IMG/VR virus record: IMGVR_UViG_3300047469_000103
Span: 192,001 to 256,000 of that record
DNA from: a virus
Taxonomy: Duplodnaviria > Caudoviricetes
Length of the DNA: 64,000 bases
Direction: 5' to 3' (one strand)
Below, one piece after another: positions 48,772 to 57,269 of this stretch. A program made the position numbers and the translations under genes. Position 1 is the first letter of the stretch; the number at the start of each line of letters is the position of its first letter. The notes below the pieces were generated by a model. It saw only the letters and a program-made list of their open reading frames with translations. It was not told the DNA's origin and searched no databases.

Positions 48772-48781
48772 ATTTAAATTA
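48772..48781 (-). promoter_or_regulatory. Putative late promoter TAATTTAAAT
   Basis: Followed by hairpin AGAGTAA-CACTTGGC-TTACTCT (48747-48770). Confidence 0.6.
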
Positions 48782-48784
48782 ACT

Positions 48785-49999
48785 TTAGAAGAAATTGCGG
48801 AAGAATCCGCCAGTTGATCCACGACCGGGCAAACCCGGCAATCGAGTCATTGGTGTGTTTGAAACTCCGAGAATCCCGATTGCTTTACTGCTGTCGATGA
48901 ATCCACCACCAGCAGAACCATCACCACTCAAAACACCGGCTCGGCCTAACAACTTCTTGAGAGGTTTTACAACACTTTCTATTTCCGCATCGAGTCGGCC
49001 CAAAGCACTTTCCAATGCTGGCGTTCGGTCAACGTTTAAGCTAACCGTTTGCCCACCGAAATCGAATGCTAATGCGCCTTCAGCTTGAATCTGTGCGCCT
49101 AATGCGTAAATGGCAGAACACGTCAGCCATGCACCCATTAATGGCCCCTGCATATTCGTGCCGGTGAAGCTCGAAATGTTTGGTTGCAGGGAGTTAAACA
49201 TATTCAAACCACGTGACAAAGATTCCATCAAATCGGATTGTGTGTATTCCAATTCGGGAATAATGTTCGCGATTCGCGCCCGGTTAATAAAATCCTCAAG
49301 CTGGCGCGCAGCCATAAGGATTTGCGGAGTTACCGCCCACACTTTATACGACAGTGTGCTACTTGCCAGTTTGCGCGTTGGTGTGTGTTCTACAAGCATT
49401 GTCAGCGGTGACATTTGCGGAGTGCCGACGACTGCGGGCATATCAATAACGGTGCGATTTTTCATCGCTTCGATATTAATTCCTTGATCCTCGACGTTCC
49501 AGTTTTCGTAGACCGCTCGGTTGTTGAAGTAAAGCGACAGAGTTAACTTATCACCTTCGACTTCTTTTCGTGCTTTTGTACCCTTTGCCAAATTGGCAGG
49601 CACTGCGGCGACTGGGGCTTTGTAGGAAATCGGCAGGGTTAATTGCATACGCGAATCACGTCCGCAAACAATCACGATATCCGATTCACGGCCAAGCGTT
49701 GCAGGCTCGACAGTGATAGAAGTTCGTGCCTGATAATTCCCGTCTTGTCCCTCGTAAGTCCACCGCGCAAACAATTCAACAGCGTCACGCAAATTCATGT
49801 TTGGAATTGGAAGGTCAGCCATCCAATTACCGGGCATTGTCGCGTGAGGTTTTGCGTAAACTTCTGCGATTACAGAACGGTCGGTGTCGAATAATCGAAC
49901 CAACGGCGCCGGGGAGTTATCCGACGGCAAGACTGGATCGTCAAACGCATCGAAAAACTCTTCCGTAATCGTACACGTTTGACCTTCGTATACGTTCAT
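48785..49999 (-). CDS. Possible head-tail adaptor/neck protein
   Basis: 404 aa with beta-rich N-terminus and helical C-terminus (FDFGGQTVSLNVDR..ALES). Weak resemblance only. Confidence 0.3.
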   Translation of the reverse strand: MNVYEGQTCTITEEFFDAFDDPVLPSDNSPAPLVRLFDTDRSVIAEVYAKPHATMPGNWMADLPIPNMNLRDAVELFARWTYEGQDGNYQARTSITVEPATLGRESDIVIVCGRDSRMQLTLPISYKAPVAAVPANLAKGTKARKEVEGDKLTLSLYFNNRAVYENWNVEDQGINIEAMKNRTVIDMPAVVGTPQMSPLTMLVEHTPTRKLASSTLSYKVWAVTPQILMAARQLEDFINRARIANIIPELEYTQSDLMESLSRGLNMFNSLQPNISSFTGTNMQGPLMGAWLTCSAIYALGAQIQAEGALAFDFGGQTVSLNVDRTPALESALGRLDAEIESVVKPLKKLLGRAGVLSGDGSAGGGFIDSSKAIGILGVSNTPMTRLPGLPGRGSTGGFFRNFF

Positions 50000-50895
50000 T
50001 CGATTATCCCTTTCGACAAATTCACAACCAATGTTTCTACGTCGTGAATAAGCGATTCGTCAGCCGGTAGCAATGCGACCAGATCAGCTTCTTCAGGCTG
50101 CACCATGTTCTGCAAATAACGCAGGATGAATTGGCGCAAATGTTCCTGCACCTCTTCTTCATATTGCGCGTAATACTTGCTGCGCTGTCGCATGGGCAGT
50201 TTGTCCGCAATGTACCGAACGTAATATTCAATAAATTTCGGTGTCCATTCAACATGCAACAGGTCGGGCATTCTCTTCCAGAAATCCAATACATATTTCC
50301 AGTCCGTCATCGCCATATAAAACATGGCTTTCGGAATGGTGTAGTAGAGATATTTCCGAGTGACTTGCACGCCACCATGAAACTCTTTGATCGACCGAAT
50401 CACAGCTTTGGTATAACCGCCAACAATGTCGTATAAATATCGCTGATCCCGAATCATCATCTGTTGCATGCGTGCAGCAGTGAGGATATTTAACGGAATG
50501 GAAATACTTATAAAATCATTTGAGCTTTCGGTGTCGTTTCCCCAAATCGCTGTGTAGCCGCGCAGCCAATAAACATGCTTTGCATTTCCCGGCCCGTTAT
50601 TATCTCGTGTACGGGCGAAGGTGAACACAAGGCCGCTGCGCCGGACATTTTCGTCAGGCTCCGAAACCAATCCCACACTGGTATGCGTGTATTGTGAATA
50701 AACGTTAACCAGTGTGAAACTCGTTTTCAAAATAAATGCTAGCGGAGTCTTTCGCAGTTGCAATTCCAAGTAATCCAGAATTGCGCGAATATCAATGAGG
50801 TATCTATCGGTGTTGTACGTTGTAACGTACCGATCCCCGCCGTAGGGCCATGCGGATAAACGAAAGTCTAACCGCATTGGCGCGTGAATATACAA
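49996..50895 (-). CDS. Hypothetical protein
   Basis: 299 aa ORF, TTG start with AAGGA SD. Confidence 0.7.
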   Translation of the reverse strand: MYIHAPMRLDFRLSAWPYGGDRYVTTYNTDRYLIDIRAILDYLELQLRKTPLAFILKTSFTLVNVYSQYTHTSVGLVSEPDENVRRSGLVFTFARTRDNNGPGNAKHVYWLRGYTAIWGNDTESSNDFISISIPLNILTAARMQQMMIRDQRYLYDIVGGYTKAVIRSIKEFHGGVQVTRKYLYYTIPKAMFYMAMTDWKYVLDFWKRMPDLLHVEWTPKFIEYYVRYIADKLPMRQRSKYYAQYEEEVQEHLRQFILRYLQNMVQPEEADLVALLPADESLIHDVETLVVNLSKGIIE

Positions 50896-50896
50896 C

Positions 50897-52096
50897 TTAA
50901 TCCTTGAGGGTCAAGCTGTAGGTATGCACGCCCGGATCAATGGTGCGCAGAGTCGGCGTGTATTCTTTATTCAGCATGCGTTTAATCGACGGAATTGCGC
51001 CCATCACACGCAGAACTTGAGCCTGAATTTCCCGATCATTATCAGGATATTCGATTGTCACTTCGGTGCTGTCAACGTTAACGCCGGTAACGCCTTCGAT
51101 TGCAGAAAGACGCGTGGTAACTTCGGTGGCGTCGAGGTCGAGTTCTACCGGGGCGGCGAACGCTACAACGTCAGCGACTGCGAATTTACGCGGCATTACT
51201 TTGTCGAGTTCTTTTGCGAGTGCAGCAGTGTCGTTTCCTTTCAGTTCGGAACCGATGGAATACAAACCCGGCAGACCGACTTTATCGTGGATCGAAACAT
51301 ACGCTTTCATTTCGAATGCGTCGTCGGTTGGCGTCAGGCGTGCGGTAACAACCACAACCTTTGCACGACCAACAACACCGGCTGCGGGCCAGTGGCTGAT
51401 ATCGCAGTTCAACACGAAATCCATCACGTCGTTTTTGATACCGACGTTAATGTAATAATCCAGTTCGGCATCGCTGAAATACGGAGGATCAATTTTCGCT
51501 TTCTTCGCTGCTTCAATTGCGGCGTCACGAGCTTTGATGTAATCCGCATCCAGACCATCGAAGTATTTCTGCACGCGTTTAAACAAATCACCAACGGCGT
51601 CCGGCATGTGATTGTCGGCAACGTCAGACATGTTTTGCAGCGATTCAGTGTAGGCGTCGATCAGTGCATCACGCTCGCGATTCAAATTCGGCACGAGTTT
51701 ATTCAGGCTTTTGTTTTCCGATTCGGAAAAACGTTCGATCATCGCTTCCAGTTCGTCGATTGCTTGGCGAGAATCCAAACCGTCGATGTACTGTTTCAGA
51801 ACACGCGGGCCGGGAGTATCGACCTTTTGAACGATCAGACCAAAGCCAGCGTTTTTACCGCCTTTTTGTCCGCTGGTTTTTGTGTTCGTGCCTTTGCGAC
51901 CGGACACGTCTGCAATAACGTCTTGATCCGATGCGGTGGCGAGGTTTTTCTTACCGAATACTTTTCCTTTGAAAAGTTTCATCAGACTGGTGAACTTGGA
52001 AATCAGACGACGATACGCAGGCTTGCGTTTGTTGTAATATTTCAACAACTGTTCGTCGGTCATCTTTTTGAGGAAGGCAACGTTCTGTTTGCTCAT
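50897..52096 (-). CDS. Hypothetical, probably virion/inner-head protein
   Basis: 399 aa with strong codon bias and a basic N-terminus ending in ATAS. Confidence 0.55.
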   Translation of the reverse strand: MSKQNVAFLKKMTDEQLLKYYNKRKPAYRRLISKFTSLMKLFKGKVFGKKNLATASDQDVIADVSGRKGTNTKTSGQKGGKNAGFGLIVQKVDTPGPRVLKQYIDGLDSRQAIDELEAMIERFSESENKSLNKLVPNLNRERDALIDAYTESLQNMSDVADNHMPDAVGDLFKRVQKYFDGLDADYIKARDAAIEAAKKAKIDPPYFSDAELDYYINVGIKNDVMDFVLNCDISHWPAAGVVGRAKVVVVTARLTPTDDAFEMKAYVSIHDKVGLPGLYSIGSELKGNDTAALAKELDKVMPRKFAVADVVAFAAPVELDLDATEVTTRLSAIEGVTGVNVDSTEVTIEYPDNDREIQAQVLRVMGAIPSIKRMLNKEYTPTLRTIDPGVHTYSLTLKD

Positions 52097-53109
52097 GATG
52101 GTTCCATAATTGTGTTGAGTTTTACTTTTTCATCCTTGCTGACATTCAAGATTTTAGTCAGCTTACTCAGCGAGCGCGCATCATAGATTTTGCGCTTGCC
52201 GACGATGAACGAAATCATCCGGTTTTCACCGTACTGCGAGACGCGATGAATAATGTCAGTGTTTGGCAAATTCACAGCGCGCTTCAGATACGGGAGAACT
52301 TGAGCAAGGAATTTGTTAATGTCGTCAGGCTGCACAAAAGGTTTGAGAATAACGTTCAATTTATCGTCCGTTACTTCTACGTTCTGCACCATCTTTGACG
52401 CCAGCAGCGAATCGTCTTTCGGCTCGGGTTTACCCACGTATTCGAAATCAGACAGATTGCCCATGATGTAGGTTTGCACGTCTTTTGCAGTGTCCACATT
52501 GGACTCTTCGGACGATACAAAAGGCGAGTCAGGAATAGACACGCGGTATTGCCCACCCATAAGCGAAAGCTTTACGGTGATTGGGCCAGAAACAAAACCG
52601 TTTTTATCCGTCACGCCATGATCTGTCCGAAAACAAATCATTTGATATTCAGGCAGACGAATATGCAGTTGCGTCGTCGGGCTGATACGCGAAAGAATGC
52701 GGTACACGGTTTCGGAAAGATACGACAAATGTTTATCCATACGGGATGCACATACGCCGTCGATCAAATCCATTACGGTCTTTTGAAACGACCGGATGTT
52801 TGTTTGCTGCGCGTTAATCATATTGAAACAACGATCACGCTTTGAATCGGAAAACTCTTGTGCGACCGAACGGGCGCAGCGCAATTCAACCAACGAATCA
52901 ACGCAAAATTGTAAGGCTTCCACGGCGTCCGACACTTTCAAATATGGAAGCTTTTTCTGATTGAACTTCGATACCAAAACGCTAAAAGTCGTATTAATCT
53001 TTGACAATACGGTAATGACTTCATTCGCGTTTCGGGCGTTCTTTAAATCAATGACATTTGGATTGTCATCAATATACTTTGATTGTATTTGCAATGCTCG
53101 AACACCCAA
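52093..53109 (-). CDS. Hypothetical protein
   Basis: 338 aa ORF. Start uncertain (TTG at 53109 or 53094). Confidence 0.65.
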   Translation of the reverse strand: MGVRALQIQSKYIDDNPNVIDLKNARNANEVITVLSKINTTFSVLVSKFNQKKLPYLKVSDAVEALQFCVDSLVELRCARSVAQEFSDSKRDRCFNMINAQQTNIRSFQKTVMDLIDGVCASRMDKHLSYLSETVYRILSRISPTTQLHIRLPEYQMICFRTDHGVTDKNGFVSGPITVKLSLMGGQYRVSIPDSPFVSSEESNVDTAKDVQTYIMGNLSDFEYVGKPEPKDDSLLASKMVQNVEVTDDKLNVILKPFVQPDDINKFLAQVLPYLKRAVNLPNTDIIHRVSQYGENRMISFIVGKRKIYDARSLSKLTKILNVSKDEKVKLNTIMEPS

Positions 53110-53123
53110 ATAAGTGGATATAC

Positions 53124-53133
53124 AATAAAATTA
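53124..53133 (-). promoter_or_regulatory. Putative late promoter TAATTTTATT
   Basis: Motif variant just after a terminator. Followed by the G-U-rich hairpin ATATCCA-CTTATT-TGGGTGT. Confidence 0.5.
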
Positions 53134-53146
53134 GCGTCCAGATAGC

Positions 53147-53182
53147 AAAAAACCCGCCGATCCACTAGGGAAGGGCGGGTTT
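53147..53182 (-). terminator. Intrinsic terminator (near-copy of 38437-38472)
   Basis: AACCCGCC-CT-TCC-CTAGT-GGA-TC-GGCGGGTT followed by a T-run. Confidence 0.85.
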
Positions 53183-53210
53183 CTTTTATTGCAAAACAAT
53201 CATTCAGCTA

Positions 53211-54647
53211 TTAACCGAACGAAGCTTTTTTGTTACCGGACTTCTTCGGAACAGCGCCACCTTTCGGTTTAGAGGCTGCTTTCGGAGCGGCCTTTGGAGC
53301 GGCCTTTGGAGCGGCTGCTTTTTTCACAGCGGCTTTAGTACCGGCTTTACCCGGTGCAGTTTTACCGGCTGGGGCTTTCAACGAAGTTTTGCTACCGTTG
53401 GAAGTTTTCTTGGCCGGTGCGGCTGCTTCGGTTTTTGGCTTGGCTGGACGGCCACGCTTTTTCGGAGCGGCTGCGGCTGGTGCGGCTTCGGTTTTTGGCT
53501 TGGCTGGACGGCCACGCTTTTTAGCCGGTGCTGCTGGTGCTGCGTCAGCTTTTGGTTTTGCAGGACGACCGCGTTTTTTGGCTGGAGCGGCTGGAGCAGC
53601 AGCTTCAGTTTTTGGTTTCGCTGGACGACCACGTTTTTTCGCTACTGGAGCCGGTGCAGCAGCTTCAGTTTTTGGCTTGGCCGGACGACCGCGCTTTTTA
53701 GCGGCTGGAGCAGCAGCCGGGGCGGCAGCTTCAGTTTTTGGTTTTGCAGGACGACCGCGTTTTTTCGCAACTGGGGCCGGAGCGGCATCAGCTTTTGGTT
53801 TTGCAGGGCGACCGCGTTTTTTCGCTACTGGTGCAACTGGGGCAGCATCAGCTTTTGGCTTGGCTGGACGGCCACGCTTTTTGGCAGGTGCAGCTTCAGC
53901 GGCTGGGGCAGCAGCAGGGACTTTACGAGCTTTTTTCACAGCACCGCCGGTTTTGCCGAAGTGCTTAGTCGAAATAGCCGAAGTTTCTTTTGCAGCAGCT
54001 ACTTTCGCAGCAGCGGCTTTCTTCGGATCAATCGTTTTCAGACGCTTGCCTTTCTTGGAGATTGGCTTGGCGCTGAAATTGCCGATGAAGTCTTTCAGGC
54101 GGAAAACACCACGCTTGGCAGAAGCAGCTTTGATTTTGCCGAGAGTTTTCTGGTGAGTTTTCACCGCTTTCATACGCTCGCCAGCCAGAGTCTTACGCTC
54201 GGAAGCGTAACGTTGCTTTTCAGCAGCGCGCATTTTCATACGAACGGCTGGGGCAACCTTGGCGGTACGGATTTTCATCAGTGCCTTTTTGTGGGCGCTG
54301 GAAACGGCTTGCGATTTTGCTTTCAGTTGGCCGCGAACGGATTTCTGAGCAGTAACAGCCTGACGTTTCTGTTCGGAAGCGTGCTTACCAGCGTGGCGCA
54401 TTTTGCGGTTCTTTTTGTAGGCCGCAACAGCTTTTTTCGCTTCAGCTTCGGTAGCACCGTGACGCATGGCGCGAAGGAATACCACGTTTTCCAAGTGCGC
54501 CAGTTTTTCACCGTGCGACATGGTTTTGTAGCGGTTCTTCGACGCCTTGTTCAGCTTCGATTTGTTTTTGTTGCGGTATTGTTTGGCCTTTTTGGCGGCG
54601 ATGCGCGCCTCGGGGCTTTTGTCCTTACGGACGACTTTCGTGACCAT
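53211..54647 (-). CDS. Histone H1-like Lys/Ala/Pro-rich protein with 8 AT-hooks
   Basis: 8 copies of KKRGRPAKPK separated by Ala/Pro linkers, and a PKAA-rich tail. Confidence 0.85.
   Translation of the reverse strand: MVTKVVRKDKSPEARIAAKKAKQYRNKNKSKLNKASKNRYKTMSHGEKLAHLENVVFLRAMRHGATEAEAKKAVAAYKKNRKMRHAGKHASEQKRQAVTAQKSVRGQLKAKSQAVSSAHKKALMKIRTAKVAPAVRMKMRAAEKQRYASERKTLAGERMKAVKTHQKTLGKIKAASAKRGVFRLKDFIGNFSAKPISKKGKRLKTIDPKKAAAAKVAAAKETSAISTKHFGKTGGAVKKARKVPAAAPAAEAAPAKKRGRPAKPKADAAPVAPVAKKRGRPAKPKADAAPAPVAKKRGRPAKPKTEAAAPAAAPAAKKRGRPAKPKTEAAAPAPVAKKRGRPAKPKTEAAAPAAPAKKRGRPAKPKADAAPAAPAKKRGRPAKPKTEAAPAAAAPKKRGRPAKPKTEAAAPAKKTSNGSKTSLKAPAGKTAPGKAGTKAAVKKAAAPKAAPKAAPKAASKPKGGAVPKKSGNKKASFG
53430..53885 (-). 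repeat. Tandem repeats of about 57-66 bp encoding AT-hook units
   Basis: Repeated ggacggccacgcttttt / ggacgaccgcgttttt on the plus strand with synonymous variation. Coordinates approximate. Confidence 0.9.
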
Positions 54648-54715
54648 CGGAGCATCCTCGATTATAGGGTTTTGGTAGTTGGCCTACAATCGTAGCGCCA
54701 CGATGTACCAACTAA

Positions 54716-54725
54716 TAATAAATTA
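54716..54725 (-). promoter_or_regulatory. Putative late promoter TAATTTATTA (H1-like gene)
   Basis: Followed by a 39 nt hairpin at 54676-54714. Confidence 0.6.
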
Positions 54726-54743
54726 GTATTATCGCGGATTTAA

Positions 54744-55793
54744 TCACGAGGCCGAAATGCCCAGCCGGGCACAAGCCTTTTTAACTTCTTTTCGACCGGC
54801 TTTAATCATTTCTTTATCAAAGCCTTCTGCCACCATGAACTCTTTTAAACCAAACATTGGATCAATATCAATGTTTTCCACTTTAATTGATTCATCTTCG
54901 GAAACATTCGATTTTTTCGCACCAGCTTTATGAATGCCACCGGTAATGTTTGGGTATTGAATCATCAGGTCGGCTGGAATAGGAACGTCTTCAGCTACGT
55001 GCAGCTTGTAACGAACGTTATCTGCATAAACCAGTTTCTTGTAATCATTGAGGTCATTAATCTCAACGTTCTGCAAAGTAAAGTTTGGTTTGTTTTCAAC
55101 GAACTTATGTTGGAATGCAACCCGGTTTCCATCCATGCTGGCTTTAAAATGAATAAAGCCTTTTGGCAATGCTTCACCAAAGTTTTTCTGGAATGGATTA
55201 CCGCAATAAACGGCCCGCTTTGCTTTCATGAATTGGTATTGGTGAATATGCCCGGAAATAGTGAAATCGTTTTTGTGGGTTTCCAATTCATGTTTGGTTT
55301 TCAATGAACGACCATTGTCACCAATTGCGCCGCTGTATTCAACGTGCGCAAAGTTTAATGCACCCTGTTTAGTGGACAGGGTTTTCAGGCATGGATACGG
55401 CAGGAAATTCACCGGTACGTTTTCGATTACAACGCGTTCCGGTTTCAGGATGATTTTCAGACGCTTAAACGCTTTCGACGTTGCCAGCTTGTGCATGAAA
55501 TTCATCGACGTATTTTCGATATCACCGAAGTCATGGTTGCCCATGATGTAATACGTGTAAAGGTTTTCATCGTGACGCAAAAACAAATCGTACAGCTTGC
55601 CGTAGGTATCCCAATCGAGGTCAGGTGTATCAGACAAATCGCCGGGAATAAATACGTGTTTAATACCGTTGCTATACGCGTACTGATAAATCTTTTCCAT
55701 TTCCGCCAAGATGCGATCATTTGCATCGGGGAAATGTTTGTTCAAACCGTCAAGGTGAACGTCAGAAAATGCAATGCCTTCAAGATCAGCCAC
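54744..55793 (-). CDS. Mre11/SbcD-like metallophosphoesterase nuclease
   Basis: SDVH, PGDLSD, MGNHD, FAH, SGHIH, YCGNP.Q..FGE motifs. Confidence 0.93.
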   Translation of the reverse strand: MADLEGIAFSDVHLDGLNKHFPDANDRILAEMEKIYQYAYSNGIKHVFIPGDLSDTPDLDWDTYGKLYDLFLRHDENLYTYYIMGNHDFGDIENTSMNFMHKLATSKAFKRLKIILKPERVVIENVPVNFLPYPCLKTLSTKQGALNFAHVEYSGAIGDNGRSLKTKHELETHKNDFTISGHIHQYQFMKAKRAVYCGNPFQKNFGEALPKGFIHFKASMDGNRVAFQHKFVENKPNFTLQNVEINDLNDYKKLVYADNVRYKLHVAEDVPIPADLMIQYPNITGGIHKAGAKKSNVSEDESIKVENIDIDPMFGLKEFMVAEGFDKEMIKAGRKEVKKACARLGISAS

Positions 55794-56238
55794 GTTTTAC
55801 TTCCACTGTGAATTGGATAAACTTCAAGGGGCGCGAAGGCTTGAATGAATATGGCATAACCATCATACCGATCAGGCCACGTCCGCGCTTTTTCGCCGTG
55901 CGTTTATTACGCAGAAAGATGTGCGTAATTCGTTCACCGTCAGCAGTGTTACCGCCGACCAAAACGCCACGTCGATTTCCTCGTTTTTCATCATTTACAG
56001 TATAGGATTCGACGATGCCTTCACCCGGCCCGCCGACTGTGAAATCATTAATGCCGCGCTTCTCTTTTAAATCGTTCAGAAATTCTTTGATTTTCGGTTT
56101 CGCGTCCTCGGTCAGTTCACCGATAAGCGGAGTCAGTTGCTCGCTAATATGCTGCACCATTCTGCGCACGTTGATTTCGTCGATGGCGCTACGTGCTGCG
56201 AAATCGTTGTGGACTTCGAATACTTCTTCAGTGTTCAA
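55786..56238 (-). CDS. Stand-alone tail-sheath C-terminal-domain-like protein (about 150 aa)
   Basis: Likely TTG start at 56238 (AAGGA SD). INVRRMVQHI...IKEFLNDLKEKRGINDFTV...KPSRPLKFIQFTV matches the sheath C-terminal consensus and this window's VNVRRL/PVRRL. Confidence 0.6.
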   Translation of the reverse strand: MNTEEVFEVHNDFAARSAIDEINVRRMVQHISEQLTPLIGELTEDAKPKIKEFLNDLKEKRGINDFTVGGPGEGIVESYTVNDEKRGNRRGVLVGGNTADGERITHIFLRNKRTAKKRGRGLIGMMVMPYSFKPSRPLKFIQFTVEVKRG

Positions 56239-56545
56239 GTTTATATTCCTTTGTGCGCAGACATGAACCGAAATAAATCTGTTTGTTGTGCAGGTTGTTG
56301 ACGAACGCCAAACGCTCTTCGTCGAGTTCGAAACGCTGTGCAATTTCTGCGAGCGTATCATTCGTTTTGATGTGGTAAATGCCGAAGCTTTCCACCAAAT
56401 CACGTTCGTACTGAATTTCATTGAACGCATCAGCCGGAAGAGTGTAGACGCAACGCTTCCTGAAAATCGGATGGTCGTTAACGTGTACTTTTTCGATCAG
56501 ATGTTCGATTAATTCTTCACGATCCATTTCGACTGCTGCGTTCAT
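56228..56545 (-). CDS. LysM domain protein
   Basis: YHIKTNDTLAEIAQRFELDEERLAFVNNL..KQIYFGSCL. Start trimmed to MNAAVE. Confidence 0.85.
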   Translation of the reverse strand: MNAAVEMDREELIEHLIEKVHVNDHPIFRKRCVYTLPADAFNEIQYERDLVESFGIYHIKTNDTLAEIAQRFELDEERLAFVNNLHNKQIYFGSCLRTKEYKLEH

Positions 56546-56550
56546 TTCAA

Positions 56551-56907
56551 TCACCGTAGTTTGATTACTTGGCCGGGGAAGATCAGGTGTGGATTTTCCA
56601 GATTGTTCAACGTAGCGAGAGTGCGCCACGAATGGCCGGTGCCTTCACCGATGTGCGAGAGCGTATCGCCTTCTTGCACAATGTACATGCCGTATTCTTT
56701 CGACACCGCATAACGCAGTTTTTTCTTCAGCGTTTTCAGTTCTTCGCCGGTGATTTCGTGGATTTCCAGACCATGCGCAGTGTGGCGAGCGACGGTATCT
56801 TTAATCGCATGATTTGCAGCAACGATTGTTGCGCCCGGTGACACAGAGATTTTGCCGTCCGTGTTGATATTCACATTACCGGCAGAAATATTGACTTCGG
56901 TATTCAT
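56551..56907 (-). CDS. LysM domain protein
   Basis: YIVQEGDTLSHIG....SWRTLATLNNLENPHLIFPGQVIKL. Start trimmed to MNTEVN (ATGA overlap). Confidence 0.92.
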   Translation of the reverse strand: MNTEVNISAGNVNINTDGKISVSPGATIVAANHAIKDTVARHTAHGLEIHEITGEELKTLKKKLRYAVSKEYGMYIVQEGDTLSHIGEGTGHSWRTLATLNNLENPHLIFPGQVIKLR

Positions 56908-57269
56908 GAGATTGCAGGTGCCTCGTCGATTTTCAGTTCTTCGGGAGTTTTGATATTCCGTGCGGCCCACATACTGGCACGCAGGCGATTCAAACCTTCG
57001 ACACTCATTTGATCTTGCGCATAACTTTCTTCGGTGTGGAACGGATGATCGACGTGGCCGATAGTGCCAACATTCGGAAATTTCTTACCGAACTTTTGCA
57101 GCTTGGCTTCTTCGTCGAGATTGCGAATGTGCTGATTGAACTGGCGCAGCATTTGGTCATAAGCGGCACGCTGATAAACATATGCGTTTTGCGGTTCGAA
57201 ATTCCCGAGGTTTGCTTGCTGGATACAGTGCGCCAGAAACTTTACGGGCGGGCGAATTGGGATAGCCAT
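56904..57269 (-). CDS. Small protein carrying the EF-Tu N-terminal decapeptide [10 protein letters not shown]
   Basis: AAGGA SD. Motif encoded at 57045-57074. The rest of the protein does not resemble EF-Tu. Confidence 0.8.
   Translation of the reverse strand: [121 protein letters not shown]

Noticed and set aside
53430-53885. Regularly spaced repeats as a possible CRISPR array
   Set aside because: The repeats are in-frame, vary synonymously, and the linkers are similar Ala/Pro codons rather than unique spacers. No cas genes are present.
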